A stretch of DNA of 64,000 nt, from IMG/VR virus record IMGVR_UViG_3300042564_001032, positions 3,788 through 67,787 of that record; one strand, given 5' to 3'. Positions 1-10,365 of the stretch are shown here, one piece after another. A program made the position numbers and the translations under genes. This stretch comes from a virus. Taxonomy: Duplodnaviria; Caudoviricetes. Each line of letters starts with the position of its first letter. The stretch's first letter is position 1. The notes beneath the pieces were generated by a model. It saw only the letters and a program-made list of their open reading frames with translations, ran no database searches and was not told the origin of the DNA.

Positions 1-1572
1 TCTATTACAAAGAGAAAGTCTTTTTGTGGTATCATATCAAAGACAGGAAAGGATGCTAGTGACGCTTTCGTTTACATGGTAATGAACGGATACAGGAACC
101 TTCCTATATTTTTCAAGCCTAGAGCAGAAGATGATGAAACTAAGACAGAGCTTGTTTTTAAAAAGAAGAAAGACAAAAGAAAGTCAAAAGCTAGAGAAAA
201 GGGAAAGGTGTTTAATGATGACATAGGATTAGAATCAAAAATCAACTTTAAGAATACTGCACTTAACTCATATGACTCAGGTCGTGTTAGTGCTCTTCTT
301 ATGGATGAGGCCGGTAAGTGGCCTAAAGATGTTCCTGTAAATCAGTATTGGCCTATTGTTAAAAAGACGCTAGGTCGTGGCGCAATTAAAGTAGGGTTCT
401 GTTTAATACCTTCTACAGCAAATGACGCCAAATCAGGTGGTGAGCCATATAAAGAATTATTCGATGGCAGCAACCAATTTGAGGAGTCAGTAACAGCGAC
501 AGGACTATATAGGTACTTCTGCCCTGCTTATGATGGGTACGAGGGATTTATAGACGAATATGGAGCTTCAATTATAGACGCCCCTACTGAGTCTCAAAAA
601 AAATACATATACGAAAGGTATGGCCTTAAAATAGATATTGGAAGCAAAGATTATCTTTTAAATCAAAGGAGAATAATTACAGACAAGAAGGCTCTTTCTG
701 AAGAGGTTCGTATGAACCCTTTTACAGAAGAGGAGGCTTTTATGATTGACGCAAAGAAGTGCTACTTTAATGCAGATAAGATATATGACCAATTAGATTT
801 TTTAAAAGAAGAAAGAATCAAGCTTAGAAAGGTTAGATTGTTTTGGAAAGACGATAAGAGTGTAGATTGGGCAGATGACCCTAATGGATCATGGTTGGTG
901 TATAAGTTTCCTGAAAGAGAAATGCAGAATAAATGGGTAGAGGTAAATGGTATTAGGGTTCCGGCAAACAAGGAGATTTATAGCAGCGGGATTGACCCAT
1001 TCAAATCTTCAGTTATTAGTGGGAAGGGTTCTATGGGTGCATGTTATGTATTTGAGAGATTAAATATAAAAGACCCTAATAATACGTGTATGCCAATAGC
1101 CGAATATGTAGATAGACCTAGATTAAAAAGTCTATTCCATGAAGAGATGCTAAAGGCTGCTGTTTTTTGGGGATATAAGGCATGTTATGAAAATGACGTA
1201 GGAGACGACTTTGTTGACTACTTTTCAAATAAAGGATATAAGGGTTACTTAATGAAAACTCCAGAATCTGCTGTTGATAGGTTTAAAAGAAGGCAGGGTC
1301 CGTCTAAATATGGAGTAGCATCTTCGGATGCTTTTGCCTTGGCTAGGCAATTGGATACTTGTATAACCTACGTTGAAAACCACTGCGAAAAGATATACTT
1401 CCCGGATTTACTAGAAGAATTATTGAAGTACGACCACGAGCACAGAACTCCATTTGACCGAACAGTTTCTTTTATGATTAGTCTACTTTCTGGTGTATCT
1501 TTGGAAAACAACAAAACAGAAGTTAAATTGGCGACATTGCCTGTTAGAACATACAAGTTAGATGTAATCTAA
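1..1572 (+). CDS. terL: Terminase large subunit (5'-truncated by the window edge)
   Basis: Frame is open from base 1 (SITKRKSFCGIISKTGKDA...). It has a Walker B-like LLMDEAGKW, a coupling motif STAN and an RNase H-like nuclease motif SSGIDPF, and it lies directly upstream of the portal. Confidence 0.9.
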   Translation, partial: SITKRKSFCGIISKTGKDASDAFVYMVMNGYRNLPIFFKPRAEDDETKTELVFKKKKDKRKSKAREKGKVFNDDIGLESKINFKNTALNSYDSGRVSALLMDEAGKWPKDVPVNQYWPIVKKTLGRGAIKVGFCLIPSTANDAKSGGEPYKELFDGSNQFEESVTATGLYRYFCPAYDGYEGFIDEYGASIIDAPTESQKKYIYERYGLKIDIGSKDYLLNQRRIITDKKALSEEVRMNPFTEEEAFMIDAKKCYFNADKIYDQLDFLKEERIKLRKVRLFWKDDKSVDWADDPNGSWLVYKFPEREMQNKWVEVNGIRVPANKEIYSSGIDPFKSSVISGKGSMGACYVFERLNIKDPNNTCMPIAEYVDRPRLKSLFHEEMLKAAVFWGYKACYENDVGDDFVDYFSNKGYKGYLMKTPESAVDRFKRRQGPSKYGVASSDAFALARQLDTCITYVENHCEKIYFPDLLEELLKYDHEHRTPFDRTVSFMISLLSGVSLENNKTEVKLATLPVRTYKLDVI

Positions 1573-1577
1573 TTTTG

Positions 1578-1585
1578 TACTTTTG
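1578..1585 (+). promoter_or_regulatory. Bacteroidota-type -7 promoter element (TAnnTTTG)
   Basis: TACTTTTG, 8 nt before the portal ATG. The same motif recurs before many genes. Confidence 0.6.
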
Positions 1586-1593
1586 CTATAATT

Positions 1594-4047
1594 ATGAGCG
1601 AGAATAAACAAATACTTAATTTTCACCTTGGTAATTCCAAGCTGAAGAGAGATGAAAAAGAAGGCCTAAAGATATCTAAGTTTTTGCAACAGGCGTATAA
1701 TAGTGGATACTTCACTAGGAGAAACAAGAAGTTCGAGAAGAACAGAAAGTTTTCTAGAGGTAGACAGCCAATGGCAGAGTTCTTGGATTTATTGAATGTT
1801 GATGGTAAAGAAGCGTTTGTAAATCTAGATATGAAAGCTCCTGCTATCGCTCCAAAGTTCATGCAGGTTATTATAGGCGGCTTCATGAAAAGAGAAGAAA
1901 AGGTTAGAGCATCTGCTGTAGACCCAATATCTGTAGATAGAAAGGTTTATGATAAAGAGAATGCCGAGTTCAGAATGAACCATGGAGATACTGTAAAACA
2001 GATAGAAGAACAGGTTGGTCTTAAATTGATGCCAGATGGCGGCTTTACTCCAGAAGATTACGAAGAATTAGAATTATATTTTGGTCTAGAATATCAGTTA
2101 CCTGAAGAGATTTTATTTGAAAAAGGCTGTGATTATGTATTTCATGACAATGGATGGCCTGTAATTAAAAGAAAGATTTTAGAAGATATATCCGAAACAG
2201 GCGTTGGAGCTACAAAAGTTAGCGTAGCAAATACTGGTAAAATTAACATTAGAAGAGTAGTTCCTGAGAACCTATTTTACGGGTTTTCTCAATATGATGA
2301 CTTTAGAGATGTATCTTTTATAGGTGAAATTATATCTATGAAGATTGTGGATATTAGAAATAATTACCCAAACATCACAGAAGAAAAGATATATGAAATT
2401 GCTAAAAACTCTAAGCAACACACACAGACGGTTAAATGGGATGACAGGTTTAGATACTCTATTGACAGACCATATGATGATTGGACAGTAGATGTAATAG
2501 ACTACGAAATCAAGACAATCGATACAATGATTTACCAATTTAAAACTAATAAGTATGGTAATCTAATTGTAGAGAAAAAAGAGAAAGCGCCACAAAGACT
2601 AGGAGATAATAAAGAATTATTGACTAGAGACATGTATGTTATATATCGTGGTGTATATATTTTGAACACAGATATAATGCTAGAATGGGGTGTAGCTAAG
2701 AATATGATTAAGCCTTCTGTAGCAAAAGAAATGGCAGACGCTTATTTCAGCTATAGCTTATATATGTTCGAGAACCTTGATTTAGAGAATATGGCTATTC
2801 CTGAAAGAATGGAAACATCTATCAGGCAGATGACATTGGCTCACTTAAAAATTCAGCAGTTAATAGCAAAGCTCAGGCCATCTGGCTTAATCATAGATAT
2901 TGATTCATTGTCTGATATTAATATTGGTCAAGGTAAAGCATTGAATCCTTTAGAGCTTCAGAAAGTTTACGACCAAACAGGTAATATTTACTATAAGAGA
3001 AGAACAGAGGACGGGGAAGGAACAAATGGCCTTCCAATTCAAGAAGCCCCAAATAGCGGAAGTATAGGTCAGATTCAAGAATTGATTTTAGTATACAACC
3101 ATTATCTAGACAGGCTTCGTGATGAAATAGGGGTTAACGAATACAGAGAAGGATCTGGTGTTAATCCTAAATTAGGACTAGGTGTTCAACAGGCTCAAAT
3201 ACAGGCATCTAACAACGCAACAGACTTCTTGTATGATGCATATTTAAATATATATCAGCAAACAGCACTTAAGATTTCTTTACTATTATACGATTCAGTA
3301 TTATATGGAGGAGAGCAGTATAGAAACTATTTAAACCCAAATAATGTAGAAGGAAAGTCATTTGATATTAAAATCGAAGTTCTTCCTGACGACAAAGAAA
3401 AGATGTTTATGGAGCAAATGATTCAGACCGCATTATCTGCTGGTATGATTGAATTTGAAGATGCATTTAGAATCAAGAGCATAAAGAATACCAAGTTGGC
3501 TGAAATGTACCTTGCAAAAGCTAAAAAGAAGAAGCAGAAAGAAGAAGCGCAAAAAGCTCAAATGAATTCAGAAATGAATGCCCAGTCTCAACAGCAGTCT
3601 ATCCAAATGAAGGCTCAAATGGATGCTCAACTAGAGCAAATACAAAGCCAGGGAAAACTAGCTATTGTAAATACAGAAATGACATTGAAGAAGGATTTGT
3701 TAGAACAAGAGTTTGTTCAGTTAGCTCTTTTAAAGTCTTTTGAACTAGGTAGACCATTAAGCTCTCAGTTAGACCAAGTCGTTAACTCATATTTTGCCAA
3801 AAAGCAGCAGGAGATGATGCAGGAAGCTATGGCTCAACAAATGATGGCACAGCAGCAGCAAGACCCTCAAGCTCAAGAAGAACAAGCTATGAGTGATGCT
3901 ATTAGCCAAAAAGTTCAAGAAGAGTCTGGCCAAATAGCTAAACAAGAAGCTCAAGAAAGTGGCCCTTCCGTAACGGAAGAAGAAATGATGAATGAAGAAG
4001 AGATGCCACAAACAGAAGAAGGCATGCAACAGCCTGAAGCTGAATAA
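1594..4047 (+). CDS. Portal protein with Q/E/M-rich C-terminal tail
   Basis: 817 aa, between terminase and scaffold/capsid. It has an RDEIGVNEYREG clip/stem-like motif and a C-terminal coiled coil, as in P22/crAss-type portals. Confidence 0.85.
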   Translation: MSENKQILNFHLGNSKLKRDEKEGLKISKFLQQAYNSGYFTRRNKKFEKNRKFSRGRQPMAEFLDLLNVDGKEAFVNLDMKAPAIAPKFMQVIIGGFMKREEKVRASAVDPISVDRKVYDKENAEFRMNHGDTVKQIEEQVGLKLMPDGGFTPEDYEELELYFGLEYQLPEEILFEKGCDYVFHDNGWPVIKRKILEDISETGVGATKVSVANTGKINIRRVVPENLFYGFSQYDDFRDVSFIGEIISMKIVDIRNNYPNITEEKIYEIAKNSKQHTQTVKWDDRFRYSIDRPYDDWTVDVIDYEIKTIDTMIYQFKTNKYGNLIVEKKEKAPQRLGDNKELLTRDMYVIYRGVYILNTDIMLEWGVAKNMIKPSVAKEMADAYFSYSLYMFENLDLENMAIPERMETSIRQMTLAHLKIQQLIAKLRPSGLIIDIDSLSDINIGQGKALNPLELQKVYDQTGNIYYKRRTEDGEGTNGLPIQEAPNSGSIGQIQELILVYNHYLDRLRDEIGVNEYREGSGVNPKLGLGVQQAQIQASNNATDFLYDAYLNIYQQTALKISLLLYDSVLYGGEQYRNYLNPNNVEGKSFDIKIEVLPDDKEKMFMEQMIQTALSAGMIEFEDAFRIKSIKNTKLAEMYLAKAKKKKQKEEAQKAQMNSEMNAQSQQQSIQMKAQMDAQLEQIQSQGKLAIVNTEMTLKKDLLEQEFVQLALLKSFELGRPLSSQLDQVVNSYFAKKQQEMMQEAMAQQMMAQQQQDPQAQEEQAMSDAISQKVQEESGQIAKQEAQESGPSVTEEEMMNEEEMPQTEEGMQQPEAE

Positions 4048-4067
4048 CAAATGAGTGATAATATTTA

Positions 4068-4075
4068 TATATTTG
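4068..4075 (+). promoter_or_regulatory. -7 promoter element
   Basis: TATATTTG in the intergenic gap before 4095. Confidence 0.6.
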
Positions 4076-4094
4076 CAAAATAAAACAAACCAAC

Positions 4095-5231
4095 ATGACC
4101 GAAGAAAGCATTAACCCGTTTGACGTTTCTAGTTATTCAACTCAGGACACGCAAGCAAATACTACCACGGTAGTAGAAGAAACACAGGGTACAGAATTGC
4201 CACAGCAAGAGCCTGCACCTGCGGAAGAAAACAATGAACCTGCACAACCAATTGTGCAAACAAATACCGAACCTGCACAACCAATTGTGCAAACGGAAGA
4301 AACAAATGCTCAAGGTCAAGAGCCTACCCAAACAGCAAGTTTTGAATGGGGAAACGATTTGGCCAAGCAGATATATGATAGCCTTGTTAACGGAGATGTT
4401 TCTCAAGTTGCAGATATCATGTACGAGCAAAAAGTTCTTTCAGAACTTGATAAGATGGACGAGAATGAGGTTCTTATGCTTAAGCTAGCATACGATTATC
4501 CAGATTTAACTCCAGATGAAATACAAGAAGAGTTTCATTCAAAGTACTCTGTTGATTCAGACTTTGACGAATCTCTTTTAACAGATGAAGAAATTGCTTC
4601 AAAGAAAAAACAAATCGAGAAGCAGCAAAAGGCCATTGCAAGAGAGATTAAGAAAGATGTGAGAGAGGCTAAAGAGTACTTGCAAACGCTAAAACAGGAC
4701 ATTAGTTTTCCAGATATTCTGAGTCAAGTTCAACAGGCGCCACAGCAAAATGTGAATCCTGAAGAGTATGTGAATCAGTATTTGACAGCTCAACAAGAAG
4801 AGCAAGCGAAAGCGTATCAACAAGCTAGAGAGACATTTGAAAAAAGTGTTGAAGAAGGCTTGAGGAGTTTTGATGGATTTAACGTCAACTATAAGGACGA
4901 GGATGTCCAATTTGACGGAAAGTTTTCTCTAACGCAAGAAGAGAAAACCCAACTTCAAGACACTATGAAAGCTTTTGATTTAGAGTCTTTTTATGGTAAT
5001 CGTTACTACAAGGAAGGTAAGTACGATACTAAGCAACTTGCAGAAGACATCTACTTCTTACAAAACAGAGACAAAGTTGTTAACTCTATGGTAACGCAAG
5101 CCGTTAGCAAAGCGAAAGCAGATTTGTTAAAGAGTATGAAGAATATTGACTATAGCAATTCTCCAAGACAATCAGCAGCTATAAGCTCTAATGATTACGA
5201 TAAGATGGTGGATGCGATGTTTAATATTTAA
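4095..5231 (+). CDS. Putative capsid scaffolding protein
   Basis: Acidic and coiled-coil, with a disordered N-terminus. Located between portal and major capsid. Confidence 0.65.
   Translation: MTEESINPFDVSSYSTQDTQANTTTVVEETQGTELPQQEPAPAEENNEPAQPIVQTNTEPAQPIVQTEETNAQGQEPTQTASFEWGNDLAKQIYDSLVNGDVSQVADIMYEQKVLSELDKMDENEVLMLKLAYDYPDLTPDEIQEEFHSKYSVDSDFDESLLTDEEIASKKKQIEKQQKAIAREIKKDVREAKEYLQTLKQDISFPDILSQVQQAPQQNVNPEEYVNQYLTAQQEEQAKAYQQARETFEKSVEEGLRSFDGFNVNYKDEDVQFDGKFSLTQEEKTQLQDTMKAFDLESFYGNRYYKEGKYDTKQLAEDIYFLQNRDKVVNSMVTQAVSKAKADLLKSMKNIDYSNSPRQSAAISSNDYDKMVDAMFNI
4236..4294 (+). repeat. 26-bp exact direct repeat, period 33 bp (EPAQPIVQT x2)
   Basis: GAACCTGCACAACCAATTGTGCAAAC at 4236-4261 and 4269-4294. 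Confidence 0.9.
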
Positions 5232-5254
5232 AAAACAAATTAAAATAATTTAAG

Positions 5255-6595
5255 ATGCCAGTTTTACAACCAGGTAGTGTACAACCTACAGGTGGCCAAG
5301 TAGCTCGTCAGTTCGTTTCTGACTTGTCTATCTTAAAGCCCCAGTACTATGACAAATTTATTGAGAAGTATGGTTCTCAAAACTACACTCAATTGTTAGA
5401 AGCTTTAGGTATGAAGGCTACAGTTCCTTCTCGTGAATTCTTCCACTTTGAGTCAAAAGGTAAATTACATTCAGCAGTTCAGTTGGATGGTGGTGCTTTA
5501 GCTAACGTAGCTGCAGGTGCTGCAGTAGACGTTGCTATTAGTTCTGCTTTTGTTGATGGCGGTAGAAGCCCATTACGCGTAGGTGAGGTAGTTGAAAATG
5601 CTGCTACTGGCGTTCAGTACAAAATCACAGCTGTAGCTTCTGCAACTGCTTGTACTATTAAGCCTTTAGATTCTGCAATTGACGCCAATACCGATTTAGG
5701 TGCTAACTCAACTGCACACTTGTTATTCCGTGGTATTTCAGAAGCTGGTGAAGCATCTAGCAAATTCAACAGTTTAACAGGTCTTACTGAAAGAAAAACT
5801 TTCTTCACAACTGAAATCCGTGAAGACTTTTCTATCACAGATAGGGCTAAAATTGAAGAACTTTATTTTGAAGTAAACGGTCAAGCTTACTATACCTACA
5901 AAGGTCTTGATGAAGCTGTACGTCGCTTCATGAACAATAAAGAGTTCAAATTAATGTTTGGTAAGCCAACTAACAACATCAGCGGTACTGTAGGTACTAC
6001 AGGTCTTGTTCCTCAAATCGAGGCTGGTGGACAAACTTATCAGTGGAATGCTTCTTCTAGCGGTTTCACTATCGATGATTTCCACGCTCTTGCTCGTCTT
6101 GCTGACTTCAATGGTGGTTCTAGCGAATACCATTTCTTAATGGATTCTTACTTAAGAACTGTTGTTGACGACGCGTTATTCAACAAGTACACTAACGGCG
6201 CTATTCAGTGGGCTGCAGTTGGTGGTTCTAGCGAAGTTGCAATCAAATATGGCTTCGATTCATTAAAGATTGATGGTACTACTTTCCACTTAAAGAAATA
6301 CTTGCCATTCAATGCTGAAGCTGTTTATGGTGTTGCTCCTTCAACAGAGTACTACAAGAATAGCGGTATCTTAATCCCTGTTAAAGAGGGTAGAGATGCT
6401 CAAACTGGCGACAAAATCCCTTCATTACGTATTGTTTACAATGAAGTTGAAGCTGGTAAAGAAATCAAAGTTTGGGAAACAGGTGCTTTAGCTAAAGTTC
6501 CTACTTCTGACAAGATGGAATTGAATGTACACCACATGGCATACTGCGGTATCCAAGTGTTTGCTGCAAATCAGTACATCAGCGTTAAGAGCTAG
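5255..6595 (+). CDS. Major capsid protein
   Basis: 446 aa with strongly biased codon usage typical of high expression. It follows the scaffold and is followed by a strong terminator. Confidence 0.85.
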   Translation: MPVLQPGSVQPTGGQVARQFVSDLSILKPQYYDKFIEKYGSQNYTQLLEALGMKATVPSREFFHFESKGKLHSAVQLDGGALANVAAGAAVDVAISSAFVDGGRSPLRVGEVVENAATGVQYKITAVASATACTIKPLDSAIDANTDLGANSTAHLLFRGISEAGEASSKFNSLTGLTERKTFFTTEIREDFSITDRAKIEELYFEVNGQAYYTYKGLDEAVRRFMNNKEFKLMFGKPTNNISGTVGTTGLVPQIEAGGQTYQWNASSSGFTIDDFHALARLADFNGGSSEYHFLMDSYLRTVVDDALFNKYTNGAIQWAAVGGSSEVAIKYGFDSLKIDGTTFHLKKYLPFNAEAVYGVAPSTEYYKNSGILIPVKEGRDAQTGDKIPSLRIVYNEVEAGKEIKVWETGALAKVPTSDKMELNVHHMAYCGIQVFAANQYISVKS

Positions 6596-6616
6596 TTTTA
6601 ACTTGATTATAAAGAG

Positions 6617-6650
6617 ACCCCATCGTATAGCGGTGGGGTTTTCTTTTTTT
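6617..6650 (+). terminator. Intrinsic terminator after the capsid gene
   Basis: ACCCCATCG-TATAG-CGGTGGGGT hairpin followed by a T tract. Confidence 0.85.
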
Positions 6651-6652
6651 AT

Positions 6653-6660
6653 TATATTTG
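6653..6660 (+). promoter_or_regulatory. -7 promoter element
   Basis: TATATTTG between the terminator and the ATG at 6680. Confidence 0.6.
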
Positions 6661-6679
6661 TAACATAAAACAAACCATT

Positions 6680-7600
6680 ATGTCAAAAACCACGAAAAAA
6701 CAAACTATTGACGCTAACGGTGACATCGTAGATGTTGTCGATACGGCAAATCAAATTGAAGAGGTTGCCGATATTAAAGTAGAAGCACCTAAAAGACAGG
6801 TAAAGAAACCTGAATTCTACGTTTTCCAATTAACTCAGAAATTCTATGTAACAAGCCCAGGTAAGCTACCTTATCCTGAAAATTGGCTAGTTAAGAATGC
6901 TGATATTATTTATGACGAAGAAACAGGTACTGAAAGAAATATTAGATATTTAGAGGGCGTAAGCACTATATGGGAAGATGAGCAAGAACATCTTTCTGAG
7001 CAAAAGAAACGTTCTAGACCAGATATTAGATTTGTAAATGGATATCTTAGAGTTCCTGCAAATAAACCTTCGTTACTAGAGTTCTTGATGAAAAGCAACA
7101 TGAATGAAAGTAATAAGAATAGAATGGCCGGGACTAAGTCTTTATACAAACTTCTTGATTTTCAAGCTGAAGAAGATAAAAACTTAGAAAAAGCGGAAAC
7201 AAGAATGCAGGCTATGAAGATAGCTATGGAGGCTCCATTAGATATGATGATTCCTCATGCTAAATATCTTGGTATTAAATTCACAAACAATCAGAATGTA
7301 GAAAGGGGAGATAAAGCTATTAGATTTGACTATCTAGATGTAGCTGATAAGAAACCTGATATGTTCATTAAAACCTATAATAATCCATTAGTTAAGATTC
7401 AGTACATTGTACAGAAAGCTGCTGCTAGTGGATTGGTAGACACAAGCTCGGTTAAAGGTCAAGCGATTTGGGGTGATAGCAAGTCTTTTATTGCTCAAAT
7501 CCCAGATGGTAAAGCTCCTATTGAATTCCTATCGGAGTTCTGCTTAACTGAAAAGGGTAAAGAATTTTATTCTCAGATTAAACATATGGTTAACTCCTAA
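6680..7600 (+). CDS. Hypothetical protein of the virion-morphogenesis region
   Basis: 306-aa ORF between capsid and tail ring genes, with its own promoter and terminator. Confidence 0.7.
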   Translation: MSKTTKKQTIDANGDIVDVVDTANQIEEVADIKVEAPKRQVKKPEFYVFQLTQKFYVTSPGKLPYPENWLVKNADIIYDEETGTERNIRYLEGVSTIWEDEQEHLSEQKKRSRPDIRFVNGYLRVPANKPSLLEFLMKSNMNESNKNRMAGTKSLYKLLDFQAEEDKNLEKAETRMQAMKIAMEAPLDMMIPHAKYLGIKFTNNQNVERGDKAIRFDYLDVADKKPDMFIKTYNNPLVKIQYIVQKAAASGLVDTSSVKGQAIWGDSKSFIAQIPDGKAPIEFLSEFCLTEKGKEFYSQIKHMVNS

Positions 7601-7633
7601 GACGCTTCGTGTTTTATGGTTTTATTGGTTAGG

Positions 7634-7662
7634 GCCCCTTGTTTCTACAGGGGGCTTTTTTT
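7634..7662 (+). terminator. Intrinsic terminator with a G-TTTCTA-C apex
   Basis: GCCCCTT-GTTTCTAC-AGGGGGC followed by T7. Confidence 0.85.
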
Positions 7663-7665
7663 ATT

Positions 7666-7673
7666 TATATTTG
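7666..7673 (+). promoter_or_regulatory. -7 promoter element (near-leaderless transcript)
   Basis: TATATTTG, 4 nt before the ATG at 7678. Confidence 0.6.
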
Positions 7674-7677
7674 CAAT

Positions 7678-8319
7678 ATGAATATTAACGACATCTATAA
7701 ACTTGTATCATATTTGGTAGATAAATACCAAGGAACATATTTATCCCCAGATGATTTCAACATGGCTATTAATATGGCCCAAAGACAATACCTAAACTTC
7801 CTTACAGAAGAAACATTAGAAACAACAGGTAGAGGCACAGGTCAGCCTTTTGTTACTCGCGGATCATTGTCTGGATTTCTAAAGGAATCTACATTAACTA
7901 TATCTAGTCAATTAGCTACTTATCCATCAGACTACTATAAGATATCTGCCATGAGGACAACTAATGACGATTTCTCTATAAGAAAAGTAGGTGCTGATAA
8001 GGTATACGCTTATGTAAATAATCCAATAGACGCTCCAACAATAACAGAGCCTATATATACAGAAATAGGAAGTAATTTAAAATTCTTCCCAAATACACTA
8101 ACGTCAGCTAAGATTATTTATTTTAAGCAGCCAGTTGATGCTGCATGGGTCCCTACAACAGGAACCTTAACGTACAACCCGTCAGCTAGTACTCAATTAG
8201 AGTGGCCTGAAAATGATTTGAATGATATTATCTATAGAACAATAGGTATTGTAGGAATAAATTTAAAAGATGGCGATTTAGTAAGAGCTTCTTTAACAGT
8301 TAAAAACGACGGTCAATAA
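7678..8319 (+). CDS. Putative head-tail adaptor / tail ring protein
   Basis: Start moved to ATG 7678 (MNINDIYK), because the longer ORF start lies inside the terminator. Position and size fit podovirus ring proteins. Confidence 0.6.
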   Translation: MNINDIYKLVSYLVDKYQGTYLSPDDFNMAINMAQRQYLNFLTEETLETTGRGTGQPFVTRGSLSGFLKESTLTISSQLATYPSDYYKISAMRTTNDDFSIRKVGADKVYAYVNNPIDAPTITEPIYTEIGSNLKFFPNTLTSAKIIYFKQPVDAAWVPTTGTLTYNPSASTQLEWPENDLNDIIYRTIGIVGINLKDGDLVRASLTVKNDGQ

Positions 8320-8942
8320 TGACTAGAAAAGTATTAATAGAGCAGATAAGACGTATCTTATATGGCGGTGTGCCAAATGACGATGCAAATGTTTCCGAAA
8401 AAGAAATAAATGTATACTTGAATCAAGCCATAGCTTATATGGCTAAAATAAATTATACAGACGCTATTAAATTAGATGGCATAGAAACAGTTGCAGATTC
8501 TTTTTATGCTACGTTTAAGAATTTAACGGTATTGTTTGATACAGATACAGGGTATTACTATACAGAGTTACCTCAAGTTCCTTTAGGATTATCTAGAGGA
8601 TATGGCATTTCAACAGTTACATTCCCTACATCTACAGGACTAGCAAAAGCTCCAGTACCAATATCTGTTAGAGAATTAGACTACATGGATAATTTAAAGA
8701 CACCTCCTAGTAAGATATTTTATTGGGCTGAAGGTAAAAGGCTTTGGTTCAAGAGTTATACAAATCTAGTTGGTAGGGCTCCTATTGTTAGAATGGTAAG
8801 TACAGAAAACGATGATTTAAATGCTGAGGTTAATGTTCCTCAAGAATATATCTCAGATATGATTAACTTAGTATTAACTCAATTAAAAATTAGAAAAGGA
8901 ACACCAGAGGAAGGCGTTAACGATGGTGCAGATAAAGCTTAA
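8319..8942 (+). CDS. Putative tail ring protein
   Basis: 207 aa, translationally coupled (TAATG) in the tail module. Confidence 0.55.
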   Translation: MTRKVLIEQIRRILYGGVPNDDANVSEKEINVYLNQAIAYMAKINYTDAIKLDGIETVADSFYATFKNLTVLFDTDTGYYYTELPQVPLGLSRGYGISTVTFPTSTGLAKAPVPISVRELDYMDNLKTPPSKIFYWAEGKRLWFKSYTNLVGRAPIVRMVSTENDDLNAEVNVPQEYISDMINLVLTQLKIRKGTPEEGVNDGADKA

Positions 8943-8947
8943 ATAAT

Positions 8948-9718
8948 ATGGCAAAGAATACAGCAAAATGGGTTCCACTATCTGAGATAATCTATCAGTA
9001 CATAGACCAGGCAAGAATGTCTAATGCAGACTATAGAAGGTTATGGACAATAGGTATTAGAGGTGTTGAAGAGATGGGTCTTGATGTATACTCTACTCCA
9101 AGAACGGTTAAGTTAATGGTTAATCCTAACAAGACAGTTAATCTTCCTTCTGATTACATTGGTTTTTCTAAAGTAGGTGTATTTAACGCTAAAGGAGAGG
9201 TAGCTTCTTTGAGAAGAAATATAGGATTGAGTTCATTTAAAATTACTCAATCAGATAGACTTACTAGCAATACAGATAATACTACAGGAAATACATATAG
9301 ACTTCAGGACCTAGCTTATGTAAACTATTTTGACGGAGCTAGATATGTAAACATATTCGGTGTTGGATCTGTTTTAAACAATGCAGGAGAATTTGATATA
9401 GATGAAGAAGAAGGGTTAATATACCTTGGGAACGACTACGATTTTGACTATGTAGTTCTAGAGTATATGTCTTCTCCTGCTAGTGACCCTGATTATAAGA
9501 TACCTATTCAGATAAGAGAAGCTGTTTTGTCTTTTATTGCCTGGAAAGATATTGAGCATTTGCCATTAGGTAGAAAGGCTAGTCTAGGCGACAAGCAGCT
9601 AAGACGTAAGGAATATTACAACCAAAAGAGAAACGCTAACTTAAGAGAAACTCCTATGTTCCTTTGGGATGCAAATGAGGTTATTAGAATGGGTGCTAAA
9701 CTAGCAGTTAAGATATAA
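8948..9718 (+). CDS. Putative tail ring/tubular protein
   Basis: 256 aa, third of three similar-sized genes before the nozzle. Confidence 0.55.
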   Translation: MAKNTAKWVPLSEIIYQYIDQARMSNADYRRLWTIGIRGVEEMGLDVYSTPRTVKLMVNPNKTVNLPSDYIGFSKVGVFNAKGEVASLRRNIGLSSFKITQSDRLTSNTDNTTGNTYRLQDLAYVNYFDGARYVNIFGVGSVLNNAGEFDIDEEEGLIYLGNDYDFDYVVLEYMSSPASDPDYKIPIQIREAVLSFIAWKDIEHLPLGRKASLGDKQLRRKEYYNQKRNANLRETPMFLWDANEVIRMGAKLAVKI

Positions 9719-9719
9719 T

Positions 9720-10352
9720 ATGAAAATAGAAAGGAAGACTTTTTCTGGCATAATGAATTTAGATGACCCAAGAGAGGTGTTCCCTCCTAGTCATCATAGG
9801 GAGGCTAAAAACGGCGTCTTTAGAGGCAATGGTACGTACAATAGGTACGAAAGCATTAGAGGTAACCAAGAGTCTGCAAATAGGGAATTAATAACAAACA
9901 ATTGCACTATAAGAGGAGTAGCTAGAAGAATAGATTGCGGATTTAGCGGTATAGCTGTAAAAGTTGTTTCAGATTGTATGTTGCTTGGTAATGCAACAAA
10001 GATTACTGTTGTTGACCCTAATATAGCCGTTTCTAGTGTTGGAGCTTTCTCTGGAGCTTGTATAGGCGGTACGATTGATGAGTACATGACAGCGTATATC
10101 GGATTGAATAATATAGTTGTATCTGATACTACTTTTGAATTGGAAGTTAAGTACGTATATAGCGGGAATACATGCACTCTAGAAAATTTCTTTTATGCAT
10201 ATTTCACATTGGTAGTGCCAGCTGGAAGTAATGGTCAACAATTAGATATGTGTACTCAAGGAGCATATGTAGGATTTCCTTTCTCTATATGCTCAACTTG
10301 CGTAGTTAGTTGTAGTAATCCTGCGATAAATATATCATCATTTGATTGCTAG
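9720..10352 (+). CDS. N-terminal segment of tail nozzle/stabilisation protein fused to a Cys-rich domain
   Basis: The first ~50 aa (TFSGIMNLDD...HHREAKN...ESIRGN) resemble the start of crAss/P22 gp10-like nozzle proteins. They are followed by CxxxGxA repeats and a Cys-rich beta domain. Confidence 0.55.
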   Translation: MKIERKTFSGIMNLDDPREVFPPSHHREAKNGVFRGNGTYNRYESIRGNQESANRELITNNCTIRGVARRIDCGFSGIAVKVVSDCMLLGNATKITVVDPNIAVSSVGAFSGACIGGTIDEYMTAYIGLNNIVVSDTTFELEVKYVYSGNTCTLENFFYAYFTLVVPAGSNGQQLDMCTQGAYVGFPFSICSTCVVSCSNPAINISSFDC

Positions 10353-10365
10353 CGTAATAAAATTG

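Noticed and set aside
7641-7648. GTTTCTAC resembles part of a Cas12a repeat, hinting at a mini-CRISPR
   Set aside because: There is no repeat-spacer periodicity. The copies are isolated terminator loops, and no cas gene is present.
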